Shown piece by piece: positions 28,176-37,121 of a stretch of DNA of 64,000 nt. How positions within the stretch are numbered: the stretch's first letter is position 1; each line of letters opens with the position of its first letter. Source of the DNA: a virus. A program made the position numbers and the translations under genes. The notes beneath the pieces were generated by a model. The model saw only the letters and a list, made by a program, of their open reading frames with translations, made no database searches and was not told the DNA's origin. Location: UHGV virus genome UHGV-0248979, one strand, 5' to 3'.

Positions 28176-28264
28176 AGTAGGGACTGCTGGTACAGCCCCT
28201 ACTGCTTTATCTTCTCTTTCGAAAAGATAAAGCGCCTAAGGGGAGTGCGCCAACACACCCCTTT
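28176..28264. repeat. three-hairpin module, copy B
   Basis: H1 28176-28203 (AGTAGGG...CCCTACT, loop ACTGCTGGTACAGC), H2 28204-28233 (GCTTTATCTT-same loop-AAGATAAAGC), H3 28238-28264; same order and spacing as copy A with compensatory stem changes. Confidence 0.45.
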
Positions 28265-28270
28265 AGGTTG

Positions 28271-28321
28271 TTACCTTCTTTCAACTATCAACTGGATGTT
28301 TCTTGGGTATGCAACCTTGGG
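28271..28321 (-). pseudogene. decayed fourth copy of the small-protein family (C-terminal remnant)
   Basis: Minus frame ending at stop 28271-28273 reads ...PKVAYPRNIQLIVERR, matching the family C-terminus (PRVQIFTERR); no in-frame start, upstream frames disrupted; stop abuts an H3-type hairpin. Confidence 0.3.
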
Positions 28322-28449
28322 CTACGTTAACGTTGGTCGCGGTATTGCACTAACCCTTCGCTGAAACTCAAGTTGTTTTGTTGACAACTCGTTTAACCGT
28401 CGAAACAGCAGTTCATGTTTCGTGAACTCATCTCCTATGTCGAATTTGC

Positions 28450-28493
28450 GAAAATAAATAAAGTGTACCCCTAATCCCGAAAAGGATTAGGGG
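28450..28493 (-). terminator. intrinsic terminator
   Basis: CCCCTAATCC-CGAAAA-GGATTAGGGG preceded by A-rich run; immediately downstream of stop at 28500. Confidence 0.6.
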
Positions 28494-28499
28494 TTGCTT

Positions 28500-29315
28500 T
28501 TATTTAGTCGCTACGTATTGAACATGGCCACATTCCTTACATTCCACGTTGGCTTTCGGGATTGTCAGGCCGGTTAAAGGAACACGTATTTGATACTGTG
28601 CTCCACATTCTTCACAAACAAAATCGTATTCTGGATAAACACGACCTTCTAATTTCTCTTCTTTCCTTAGTGTGCCTGCTAAGAACAGCATTGCGCCTAA
28701 CGCTTCATTAATCTGCTGTTCCCATTCTCCGTCTAACGGGTAAGCGAACGCGCGAGTCAACGTTTCCACCATCTCTGGAGTATTACTTACATAAACGTGT
28801 TTCAGTTCAAACTCAACACGTTCTAAACCAAACAATACGCGCGCCGTCACCGTAACATTATCCAACGTTTGTGCAAACACAACGGGATTATCGTCACCGT
28901 GCATTGCGAATAACGCAGCACGTTCGTATTCGATATCACTCCACTCGATTAGTTCTACAGATTTAATCGCTTCCGCAATCTCAGCATTACCGAACGTTTC
29001 GTGTTCCAATAATCCGACGATAACTTCATTCAACGATTTCAATTGCTGTAATCGAATCGTAGGATCGGTATTCACGATAAGTAAACGATGCATTCTGGAT
29101 TTCAACCAGTTAATCGTTCCTTCTACACCGCCCCTAAACGAGCAGATGCTTATCACTTCAGGTTCACGAAGGATAAGAGTAGATTTTCCTGCTGCCGTAC
29201 TCAAGTAGAGTTTAAAAGACTTATCGTTAGACTCTGCAACGATGGCAATGTCTTCAGTTGGAACGAAGTTTTCATTGCTCAGCCCACGCGGAAAATAATC
29301 TTTAATAGTAATCAT
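28500..29315 (-). CDS. hypothetical protein with C-terminal CxxC...CxxC zinc ribbon and degenerate P-loop
   Basis: 271-aa ORF; C-terminus CEECG...CKECG; N-terminal LSTAAGKST resembles a non-canonical Walker A; terminator directly downstream. Confidence 0.5.
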   Translation of the reverse strand: MITIKDYFPRGLSNENFVPTEDIAIVAESNDKSFKLYLSTAAGKSTLILREPEVISICSFRGGVEGTINWLKSRMHRLLIVNTDPTIRLQQLKSLNEVIVGLLEHETFGNAEIAEAIKSVELIEWSDIEYERAALFAMHGDDNPVVFAQTLDNVTVTARVLFGLERVEFELKHVYVSNTPEMVETLTRAFAYPLDGEWEQQINEALGAMLFLAGTLRKEEKLEGRVYPEYDFVCEECGAQYQIRVPLTGLTIPKANVECKECGHVQYVATK

Positions 29316-29369
29316 CTTTTATGCTCCAATTAATAAAAAAATTAAGGGCACCCGAAGGTGCCTTATACA

Positions 29370-29513
29370 TTAACCACGACCAGTGCACTGTGCAACGGAA
29401 TTACCGTTGTCGATGCAAGTGTCGTAGCCTTTGTCGATATCCAGGTACAGGCAACCCAGAACAACAGCGATAACAACAGCGAAGATAGCTTTTTTGTGTT
29501 TTACAGAAATCAT
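29370..29513 (-). CDS. small lipoprotein (47 aa precursor)
   Basis: Below track cutoff. MISVKHKKAIFAVVIAVVLGCLYLDIDKGYDTCIDNGNSVAQCTGRG: signal peptide with lipobox VLGC; AGGAG SD 8 nt upstream; terminator downstream; conserved promoter-like motif upstream. Confidence 0.5.
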   Translation of the reverse strand: MISVKHKKAIFAVVIAVVLGCLYLDIDKGYDTCIDNGNSVAQCTGRG

Positions 29514-29558
29514 GATATAACTCCTAATTAGGTATTCGATAAATGAGTATTACGTAAA

Positions 29559-29584
29559 CTCTCACCTAGGTAATATATATCTGA
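29559..29584 (-). promoter_or_regulatory. conserved promoter-like motif, copy 2
   Basis: Plus-strand CTCTCACCTAGGTAATATATATCTGA, 45 nt upstream of the lipoprotein start (29513). Confidence 0.45.
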
Positions 29585-29702
29585 AATCTTTTTGAATCCA
29601 TATACCCTCTAGAACGCTCTAAAACGCATTCTAACGCAATTTTCTTTTTAAAGGGTAATTAGTCGTCTTAATGGAGAAATGACTTCTGTGTGGCGTTTAG
29701 GG

Positions 29703-29748
29703 ATAAATAAAAGGTATTCCCGTTACCCACAGAGGTAACGGGAAGTTT
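29703..29748. terminator. hairpin terminator
   Basis: 11-bp stem TTCCCGTTACC...GGTAACGGGAA with A-rich and T-rich flanks; adjacent to stop at 29749. Confidence 0.6.
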
Positions 29749-30549
29749 TTACAGACCTTGCATCTTATCCATTACAGCGATTTCAGGATCGCTAATGCCC
29801 GTCTTCGAAGAAATCATAAAGCGCTTATCGCTAATAGCTTCTACGGATTCGCGAATAAACAATGACTTTTCTTCCGCAACAGGAAGAATAGAATCGTTAT
29901 CCTGCGGACCCACAAGCTGGCAACTGAAAGGTACATAGCTGTTGAAGGTCACATAAGGACCTAACTGCAAGACCGGATACACTTCATTGAAGTTATTTGA
30001 TGTGCCACTGTCTGTAGAAATAACAGAATAGCGCACCACCGCACGCACAGCCGTGGTATATTCAGGGTCGCGGGCTTCACCCACTACGGTAAAACGAAAC
30101 GCATTGAAGTCATAGTCTTCCGACTCACTAAAGTGTGAAGGGAGAATACGTTCAATATACTGAGGATAGGTTTCCTGTTGCCCTGGGGTAACCGCTGCAG
30201 CCAATTTCTGAGCATAGAAGTAACAATAAGCAAAGCCGTATTGCGCTTCTAAAGCACCAGACACCACAGCAGTTGTGATCGCGTGCAGGAACAACAAATG
30301 ACCTAACGTCCCTTTTTCTTCGATTGATAATAAGCGACAATTCTGTACACCGTCTACGGTATAGATAACAGAAATCGTTTTGTCAGCACTGGACGCCATG
30401 ATGTAATCCAACTGGCGTTGTTCGCCACCAGGAATAACATTAAGGCAACGTTCTAACAACTTCGACGGTTTCGAAAAATTCTCTTCTTCGAATTTGTCGA
30501 TTTGAATTAACGTTTGACCAGACATTCTGAAAGTAAGTAGATTACTCAT
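29749..30549 (-). CDS. hypothetical protein
   Basis: ORF 29749-30555 in track (TTG start); ATG at 30549 preceded by AAGGA preferred; terminator downstream. Confidence 0.5.
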   Translation of the reverse strand: MSNLLTFRMSGQTLIQIDKFEEENFSKPSKLLERCLNVIPGGEQRQLDYIMASSADKTISVIYTVDGVQNCRLLSIEEKGTLGHLLFLHAITTAVVSGALEAQYGFAYCYFYAQKLAAAVTPGQQETYPQYIERILPSHFSESEDYDFNAFRFTVVGEARDPEYTTAVRAVVRYSVISTDSGTSNNFNEVYPVLQLGPYVTFNSYVPFSCQLVGPQDNDSILPVAEEKSLFIRESVEAISDKRFMISSKTGISDPEIAVMDKMQGL

Positions 30550-30581
30550 TAACAAATCCTTTAGGTTACGGACAACATAAT

Positions 30582-31901
30582 TTACGTAGCGGTTGTAAAT
30601 TTTTCATTAGTCAACCACAACGTCAATTGACTAATGGTATTAAATTGTGGGGACGCCATCGAACCGCCATCAACGGCAGCTTGGAAAACTTCACCAACCA
30701 ACGTCCCATAACGAGTGTATACACCGTAATTATTCGCATACAGATATTTTACTGCCATACCCGGCTGTAATAAACCGTACGCCGAACGGTTCCAGGTCGT
30801 TGCGGTAAGTGTCCCTCTAGCGGCAGCCAACTTAGAACGACGGGGTTTATCTGTGTCGCTGAAGTGTTCGTTTGGATCAATAGGCGCATTAACAACACCA
30901 CCAGGGTACTGTGTAGGGTCTGCCGCTGAAACAAACGAATCTGACGTCGTTGCCGAAACATCGCCTGGAGAGAAAGAACTTGCACGTCCATCTAAGGCAC
31001 GGATTGAACCCACACGGTAACCCGTTCCCTGATTTAGCGCAAGGGCGTCTTTGTCTTCGAAGGTGTGAACATCGCCACCACAAATCAGATAAATGACGTC
31101 ACCTGCAATGTGACACGTTTTATCTAAATAGGCAACCTTCTCTCTTGGAAGGTTAATTACCACCAGTTTCTTTTTCGCCGTAGAGAATTTCTTAGAGTCC
31201 CACGGCTGAAAGATATGCCAACGGTGTTTATACAAGAAGACACCTAATCCTTGGCTATACACACCGTAACGGTTCTGAATGAAATCGAAAACCGAAAGAA
31301 AACTTTGCGAATCGGGAATCAAAATGTCACGATAAGGCTGTTGTTCTTCTTCCTCGTATTCCACACCAACCAACTGACCTTCTGGTGCATCCCCAGTAGG
31401 TAACGTATCAGCAAGTAATGCACGAACGACACTTAATCCATCCGTCTCGTGGTAAATCCCTCCTACCTGCCGACAGCGAAGGAACCACATCGATTCGTCC
31501 ATCAGTTCCAGCGTCACCACGCCCAACCCTTTTTGATCAGACTCACCCAAGAACATCGTGGGCGATTCCATATCAGGATCGTGATTGTTAACCACGATTC
31601 CTCGGTAGTTCAGCTGAGCAATGGTTTTCTTGTTCATTGTCCGCATCAGGATTTTAACTGATAAATCCCCTTCTGCCGACGACGTAAGAATACGTTGCTG
31701 GCTCAGTGGAATTACCACACTGAGATGTGTGATAGTCGTTAAATCCTGAGCGAAATTACTGGCATGGATTATCGACATGGTTTTGTAAACGTCGATCGTC
31801 ACCCCACGAACTGTAATAAGGGGTACGTAGTCGATGGCCGGTAATCCCGCCGCTTGTGCAATGTGCACGTTTGCTATGTTCTGTAACCGACCAAACGACA
31901 T
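30582..31901 (-). CDS. hypothetical protein
   Basis: 439-aa ORF; ATG at 31901 overlaps upstream stop. Confidence 0.5.
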   Translation of the reverse strand: MSFGRLQNIANVHIAQAAGLPAIDYVPLITVRGVTIDVYKTMSIIHASNFAQDLTTITHLSVVIPLSQQRILTSSAEGDLSVKILMRTMNKKTIAQLNYRGIVVNNHDPDMESPTMFLGESDQKGLGVVTLELMDESMWFLRCRQVGGIYHETDGLSVVRALLADTLPTGDAPEGQLVGVEYEEEEQQPYRDILIPDSQSFLSVFDFIQNRYGVYSQGLGVFLYKHRWHIFQPWDSKKFSTAKKKLVVINLPREKVAYLDKTCHIAGDVIYLICGGDVHTFEDKDALALNQGTGYRVGSIRALDGRASSFSPGDVSATTSDSFVSAADPTQYPGGVVNAPIDPNEHFSDTDKPRRSKLAAARGTLTATTWNRSAYGLLQPGMAVKYLYANNYGVYTRYGTLVGEVFQAAVDGGSMASPQFNTISQLTLWLTNEKFTTAT

Positions 31902-32455
31902 TACAGAATTCCTCCACGTCTACGGTATATCTGTTCAATACGGTGCATAATCGTATCGTTGAACTGATGCCGTTCTGTTTCCAATCGGACTTCGCCAAAT
32001 AACGCTTGTACGGAAACCACCATGGTTACTTCAGGTTTCTTAAAGTAACCGTAACGGTTCGCTACCGGGAACAGTTTACGCGCTAACGCATTAAACTGAC
32101 GCAACCCCTCCATAGGGACTTTACGTATTGTTAAGTGTGGGGTCTGCATGTAATTTAGCCAATCGGCTAAGTGCTCCATGATATACCCGTACACGATAAT
32201 CCCGTCATGTGGGTCGTGGACGTCTAATGCCGCACCCGTTTCTGCATAAACCGCAACTTCGAAAGGTCGCATGTATACGGTCTTTTTATTTAGCAGTATC
32301 GCGCGTGCTTTTTTCTCGTCTTCCGGTAAGAACAACCCATGTTCCTGAGACATATACGTTGAAATCGTCGTCCATTCAGGAACACGCCATCCTACCCACT
32401 TGTGAAACAGCATAAATGCTGCGCTACGTTTTTCAGCCACGTTAATCCCTCGCAT
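31901..32455 (-). CDS. hypothetical protein (start uncertain)
   Basis: Track ORF 31901-32542 starts with TTG and overlaps upstream gene by ~100 nt; internal ATG at 32455 or 32413 more likely. Confidence 0.4.
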   Translation of the reverse strand: MRGINVAEKRSAAFMLFHKWVGWRVPEWTTISTYMSQEHGLFLPEDEKKARAILLNKKTVYMRPFEVAVYAETGAALDVHDPHDGIIVYGYIMEHLADWLNYMQTPHLTIRKVPMEGLRQFNALARKLFPVANRYGYFKKPEVTMVVSVQALFGEVRLETERHQFNDTIMHRIEQIYRRRGGIL

Positions 32456-33812
32456 ACCGTAACAACAAATACACCATCGGGATGTAATAGAATTGCGCAT
32501 CCTTCGGCAAACGGTAAACTTCTTCAAACAACCGCAACGCAATTACTGTCGACAGTGGACGTTTATTCAGATAGAGATATAAACCGTATTCTAATAACGA
32601 ACTGTACGAGCCCTCGTAAAACGTTGGGCTTAACAAATACGGCTTGTAGGTCAGCGGTAAAAACGCAGGGATCGATTCGCCTTCGTTACCCCGATAGTTC
32701 TCCACTTCAACCGGTTCAAACTCCGTCCACTTCGGCCACTGTCCAGGAAAACGTTGTGCCATCCCATAACCTGGTTTTAATTCATCGGTAAAGAATCGGG
32801 TATCCGAAATTAATGACCAGGTCACAGAATTCCGATGCTGCATCGTGCGGAAGGTTTTTACCTGCCAGACACTGGAATCACGTTTGTAATCCGCTAAGAA
32901 CGTTGGCGATTGATTTAACAATGCTGTCCAGACCGTTTCAATATCTTCCACACGCATCGGCGGGTGCGGGTAGATTTGAATATCTTTACCGACGGTCCGT
33001 AAGCCTACAGAGCGTACAAACTGTGCCAAGAACACATCGTAATACGCTCGACTACGCAGCCCATCACTGTGACGATCGTGGGGGAAAAGCAACGTTGCCG
33101 TTTCCCCATCGTAAAACCGTTTTACGTAAGTCTGTTCAATATCCGCAATCGCATCAACAACTTTCAAAAACGCACGGTATTCTTTCGGTGTCAGTAACGT
33201 ATCACCGCCCGTCCAGGCACGTTCAGAAACGTAATAATACTCACGAACCGTACAGCGACGAATGGTTTCTGCAACGCCCGGATCAACTTCAAACAGCAAT
33301 GTATACTCGATGTTATATGTTGCAATTTTGTTATTGGACATCCGCACGACGTTAGTGACGTTGAACAACGCAAACCGTCCGTCTCCAATCGGGGCAACGA
33401 AAAAACACCCTTCATTGGGAATCACCGAGTTCGCCATTGTTGCGGCACCGGACATGGTGAACGTTTTGTTTGTTGTGTCCTGAGAACGATCTAACGGTGT
33501 AGTGACACGCAATTCTAACCCGATGATTTTCTCTACTTGCTGGTCAGGCGTAAGCACCTTCGAATCGAAGAATTTCTTCGCGTCGTTACGTCCTTTCAAG
33601 AAGTTAAAGAAATCAACAGTCCAGGAAGACCCTTCCAGGTATTTCATCAGGTACTGCTTCGGTATACGCTCTAAATCCGTCACCGTTGTACGGGTCGGCT
33701 GTGTCACCACGTTCGTGGTTTCCTTCACGCCGTCTTGCGGTTTATTCAACTCAGGTATCGGGCGTTCCACCGGTTCGAAAGAAGACGGTTTATCACGCTT
33801 CGCTTTGAGCAT
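32442..33812 (-). CDS. hypothetical protein
   Basis: 456-aa ORF; no motif recognised. Confidence 0.5.
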   Translation of the reverse strand: MLKAKRDKPSSFEPVERPIPELNKPQDGVKETTNVVTQPTRTTVTDLERIPKQYLMKYLEGSSWTVDFFNFLKGRNDAKKFFDSKVLTPDQQVEKIIGLELRVTTPLDRSQDTTNKTFTMSGAATMANSVIPNEGCFFVAPIGDGRFALFNVTNVVRMSNNKIATYNIEYTLLFEVDPGVAETIRRCTVREYYYVSERAWTGGDTLLTPKEYRAFLKVVDAIADIEQTYVKRFYDGETATLLFPHDRHSDGLRSRAYYDVFLAQFVRSVGLRTVGKDIQIYPHPPMRVEDIETVWTALLNQSPTFLADYKRDSSVWQVKTFRTMQHRNSVTWSLISDTRFFTDELKPGYGMAQRFPGQWPKWTEFEPVEVENYRGNEGESIPAFLPLTYKPYLLSPTFYEGSYSSLLEYGLYLYLNKRPLSTVIALRLFEEVYRLPKDAQFYYIPMVYLLLRYARD

Positions 33813-35301
33813 TCTCTGTTCCTCGCATGGTAATAATGGTCGAGTTCAGCACCGTCAGTAACACACGGGCTTCTACGTTCGGAATCAGTTTATTAATGTC
33901 ATCGATAACACTCGGCGGTAACACCGGCTTATCCCACCACCAATCAGGAACGTCCCATTTCGGGAACAACCATTCAATTAACACTTTCGCTGCCTGCGGA
34001 TATAACTGTAATGGCCAGAGGTTCATTCCACGCCAGTCAAACATAACCGATTCGGTTAAGTAATAACCCTTATTTACTTTCAGGTCACGACCTTTAAGCG
34101 AAAACGTATTTCCTTCCCAATGGTAGAAACGCGGTTCGATAATCTGTCCCTCTTCGAACAGCTCGACACGGAATACGCCCGTCTGTCCTGTCGGGTCTAT
34201 CGCACGACAATGTTCGATATACGGCAGCAACGCTTCGTTCCACTCGTAGGGTAAATCTTCCGTAGACATCACCTTCGGCGATAACATGTTGTCCGGTTCA
34301 AAAACAACATCTGTACCAAAAATCGGTAAGAGTTTATCTTTAAGCGGAGAGTGTGTACGATGGAACTGTTCCGTGGGGGATAACAAATACGGGAGACGAA
34401 TATACTGACGAGTTTCGTTAATCCACCAGGTCGAATCCAGATTGCGTTGCTGAGAATGGCGGTAAACTAACTCCTCGTTAGATACCCACGGAGGATCTAT
34501 CTCCGGCCAATATTCATCAGGCAGTGGTGTCTGATTGATGATATACGGATACGAAACCACAATCTCTTCAGGGCGCTGATAAGAGAAACGGATAACGAAC
34601 GTTGCTTCCCAGCGGTTTTCATCTTTATCCCAGGCCGGTGTTTGAACGTCATATACCGTTTCTAAACGCGTAGGTGCGTAACGTACCGCAATGGTTTCCT
34701 GACCGCCAGCAACATTAGCTGCCCGAAATACATCGGGCGTAAAATACGCTTTCAAATAGGCTTTAAAATCGTCAAACGTTGATACTCGCGTTCCCGCAGC
34801 AACGTAGCAGGCATTCAACAATTTTAAAGCAGGTTTAGGGATATAATAGAACGCTTCTGACTCCGTCATGGTCGAATATCGACCCATGTCCACTAACGAG
34901 TCTAAACGGTTCGTCCAGCGCAATAACTCATCACGTGAGGCACTGGTACGTCGTAACGTTACTGTTACGTTATACATCGTTCTAACGGGCCAGGCGCGTA
35001 CCTGATCGACACGGTTCTCAAAGAAGTACGGTTCAGCCTGCTGACCAACCTGACGGTTGATTCTTGCCCACTCATCGCGTTCTTCTTCTACTTCAACGTA
35101 AACCTTTTCAGGTGAACTGTACTCTACATCAGTACCGTCACCTAACGTGGAATCTGGTTGATGGGCGCTATTGAATTCATCGAGGAAAACAACCGCTGCT
35201 GTATCGATACCAGACTCATTAAGTACACGTTGTATAACACCATCGATTATTGGTTTGCGAATGGTCGCGTCTAACGACGGAATTTCAAAATACTGTTGCA
35301 T
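33793..35301 (-). CDS. hypothetical protein
   Basis: 502-aa ORF; ATG at 35301 verified. Confidence 0.5.
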   Translation of the reverse strand: MQQYFEIPSLDATIRKPIIDGVIQRVLNESGIDTAAVVFLDEFNSAHQPDSTLGDGTDVEYSSPEKVYVEVEEERDEWARINRQVGQQAEPYFFENRVDQVRAWPVRTMYNVTVTLRRTSASRDELLRWTNRLDSLVDMGRYSTMTESEAFYYIPKPALKLLNACYVAAGTRVSTFDDFKAYLKAYFTPDVFRAANVAGGQETIAVRYAPTRLETVYDVQTPAWDKDENRWEATFVIRFSYQRPEEIVVSYPYIINQTPLPDEYWPEIDPPWVSNEELVYRHSQQRNLDSTWWINETRQYIRLPYLLSPTEQFHRTHSPLKDKLLPIFGTDVVFEPDNMLSPKVMSTEDLPYEWNEALLPYIEHCRAIDPTGQTGVFRVELFEEGQIIEPRFYHWEGNTFSLKGRDLKVNKGYYLTESVMFDWRGMNLWPLQLYPQAAKVLIEWLFPKWDVPDWWWDKPVLPPSVIDDINKLIPNVEARVLLTVLNSTIITMRGTENAQSEA

Positions 35302-35390
35302 TGGCTTGTTCCTTCGTTATAGTCATATCACAGGCGCGAAATGAAAAAAAAATAAAAGGGAACCGAAGTCCCCTTTTACGGTTAAACTAC

Positions 35391-35690
35391 CTATAACAGA
35401 TAAGGTATACCTTCAAAGATAATCTCGTCGTTAGCGAAGCCAACAGACGCTTCCTCGCCCCCAGATGTGGTTGCCCAAATCTCTGCCGCAAAACTCTGAT
35501 TGTTAATCAACAGCCCACGGTTGTTTTCGAACAACACTATCAAGACCAGCCTGACACTTTTCTCTTGATGTAAACGACGTATGAACGCGTGTTTTGCAGG
35601 GGAAGGATACCAAGTGAAGCGCGCTATTTTCCTTTTCGCAACGCTACCTAAAAAGAGCTTTTCTAAGGTTGCAAACTCAGTGCCCATCTC
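35391..35690 (-). CDS. hypothetical protein (start uncertain)
   Basis: Track ORF 35391-35723 overlaps DHFR 3' end; internal ATG at 35690 preceded by GGAAAAGAG preferred. Confidence 0.35.
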   Translation of the reverse strand, partial: EMGTEFATLEKLFLGSVAKRKIARFTWYPSPAKHAFIRRLHQEKSVRLVLIVLFENNRGLLINNQSFAAEIWATTSGGEEASVGFANDEIIFEGIPYLL

Positions 35691-36213
35691 TTTTCCAAAT
35701 CTGATAATGCCAACGTGGAACATCGCTATCCGGTTTGGAAGCGTGCGTTAAGTTATAAACCAGTCCAAACTTGTTACGATCGATTTCAGGAAAGAACGCA
35801 TCTGCACCATCGACTTTAACTTCTACACGTGACAAGTAAATCTTATCCACGTAAGGTAACGCCTGACGGTAAATTTCTGCGCCGCCGATAATAAAGATTT
35901 CCTTAGGATAACCCTTTTTCTCAACCTCGGTTTTGAGGAATTCAATAATCGAACCCATTTCACCCTTAAGGTTAAGCACCCCGTCTATATCGGGCACACC
36001 GCCAGGTCTTCTCGTTAACACAACGTGGTGACGATTGGGTAGGGGTTTATACCCTAACGATTCCCATGTCTTGCTTCCCATCACGATAACTTTACCTGAT
36101 GTAAGTGCCTTAAAATTCTTTAAGTCATCAGGAATACGCCACGGTAGTTTATTGTCTTTCCCGATTTCGTTATTCAACCCAGCAGCAGCTATCATCGAAA
36201 CTGTAATTGTCAT
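35677..36213 (-). CDS. folA: dihydrofolate reductase
   Basis: 178-aa ORF: MIAAAGLNNEIGKDNKLPW...VIVMGSKTWESLG...FIIGGAEIYRQALP matches the DHFR fold signature (compare E. coli FolA LIAALAVDRVIGMENAMPW, VIMGRHTWESIG, VIGGGRVYEQFLP); ATG at 36213 verified. Confidence 0.9.
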   Translation of the reverse strand: MTITVSMIAAAGLNNEIGKDNKLPWRIPDDLKNFKALTSGKVIVMGSKTWESLGYKPLPNRHHVVLTRRPGGVPDIDGVLNLKGEMGSIIEFLKTEVEKKGYPKEIFIIGGAEIYRQALPYVDKIYLSRVEVKVDGADAFFPEIDRNKFGLVYNLTHASKPDSDVPRWHYQIWKRDGH

Positions 36214-36515
36214 TTCTCTATCTCCAGTGAGCCCCTTAAATGCCGTATAAAATCTCTTCGGGTATACCGGCTCGTTTTGTATTGATCGGCCAAATGGTAA
36301 ACGGTGATGTACCGCCCTTTGGCTTCCATGTGCAAATGCGTTATATTACCATCGTTCGTAGGAAGTGGTCTGATCAGTGGAATCATCAAATCCCCATTCC
36401 AACCAGGTTCATTAAGTCTCGGTATCAGTAATCGGATGTCTAGCCGTTTTACGCAATACACCACATTACTTTCCGGCAACTTAACAACACATATCGCATC
36501 GGCTTTGAGTTTCAT
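36210..36515 (-). CDS. hypothetical protein
   Basis: 101-aa ORF overlapping DHFR start by 4 nt. Confidence 0.45.
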   Translation of the reverse strand: MKLKADAICVVKLPESNVVYCVKRLDIRLLIPRLNEPGWNGDLMIPLIRPLPTNDGNITHLHMEAKGRYITVYHLADQYKTSRYTRRDFIRHLRGSLEIEK

Positions 36516-36516
36516 T

Positions 36517-37068
36517 TTAACCTTCCTGATATTGTCTAATTCCGTAATCAGGTAGAATGTTTTCTACTGTGGCTTTCGGTACAACTGAAAGTTGGTTGTA
36601 TAGATTCAACAAATCCTCACGCAGTAACTTCTGCTCGATATCAAGTTTATAGCAAGCCATTTCTTTTTCTAGCGGTTTAAGTAATACAACACGGGTTTGA
36701 AAACCGTCAATAGGCTCAGGAACACGATAACTACGACGACGATAGAACGTTTCCAGCTTCGAATAATCACGAATGTATGTTTTCGTCAGTGTAGAATAAC
36801 CTGCGTCTAACATAAACTTGTAGAACGGGCGTAAAGCGATGAAGCGATTATATTCCAAGTGCTCTGGAATATAGAATTCGTAATTGCCGTAAGTGAGCGT
36901 AGAGAGTTGAGAACCATTACAATGCACACAGTTAATAAAAATAGCCAGTCCAATCATTACCGGGCGTGGGACGATAAGAGTTTTATCGCCAAACTGAATA
37001 CGAAAGATTTCCTGCTGTAGGCTGGTTTCAGATACGACTTCAGCGTCTAAGATATTAAATTTGTTCAT
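36517..37068 (-). CDS. hypothetical protein
   Basis: 183-aa ORF; ATG at 37068 with AGGAG SD; terminator downstream. Confidence 0.5.
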   Translation of the reverse strand: MNKFNILDAEVVSETSLQQEIFRIQFGDKTLIVPRPVMIGLAIFINCVHCNGSQLSTLTYGNYEFYIPEHLEYNRFIALRPFYKFMLDAGYSTLTKTYIRDYSKLETFYRRRSYRVPEPIDGFQTRVVLLKPLEKEMACYKLDIEQKLLREDLLNLYNQLSVVPKATVENILPDYGIRQYQEG

Positions 37069-37121
37069 TTCTATTCTCCTAAAGGTCGAAAAAAATAAAG
37101 CCCTCCGAAGAGGGCTTTAAC

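Noticed and set aside
28107-28364. 85-aa plus-strand ORF across hairpin module B
   Set aside because: TTG start, runs through three hairpins and overlaps the start of small ORF copy 3; minus-strand features explain the region better.
27158-28499. Possible CRISPR array or CRISPR-repeat mimic
   Set aside because: Repeats are hairpin modules ~650 bp apart, not short direct repeats with regular spacers; hairpins do not match type I-E or I-F repeat stems as I recall them.
27158-29748. tRNA genes in the longer intergenic stretches
   Set aside because: No segment combines a 7-bp acceptor stem with a GTTCGAATC-like T-arm; the TTCGAAA-containing hairpins have 10-bp stems, inconsistent with a T-arm.
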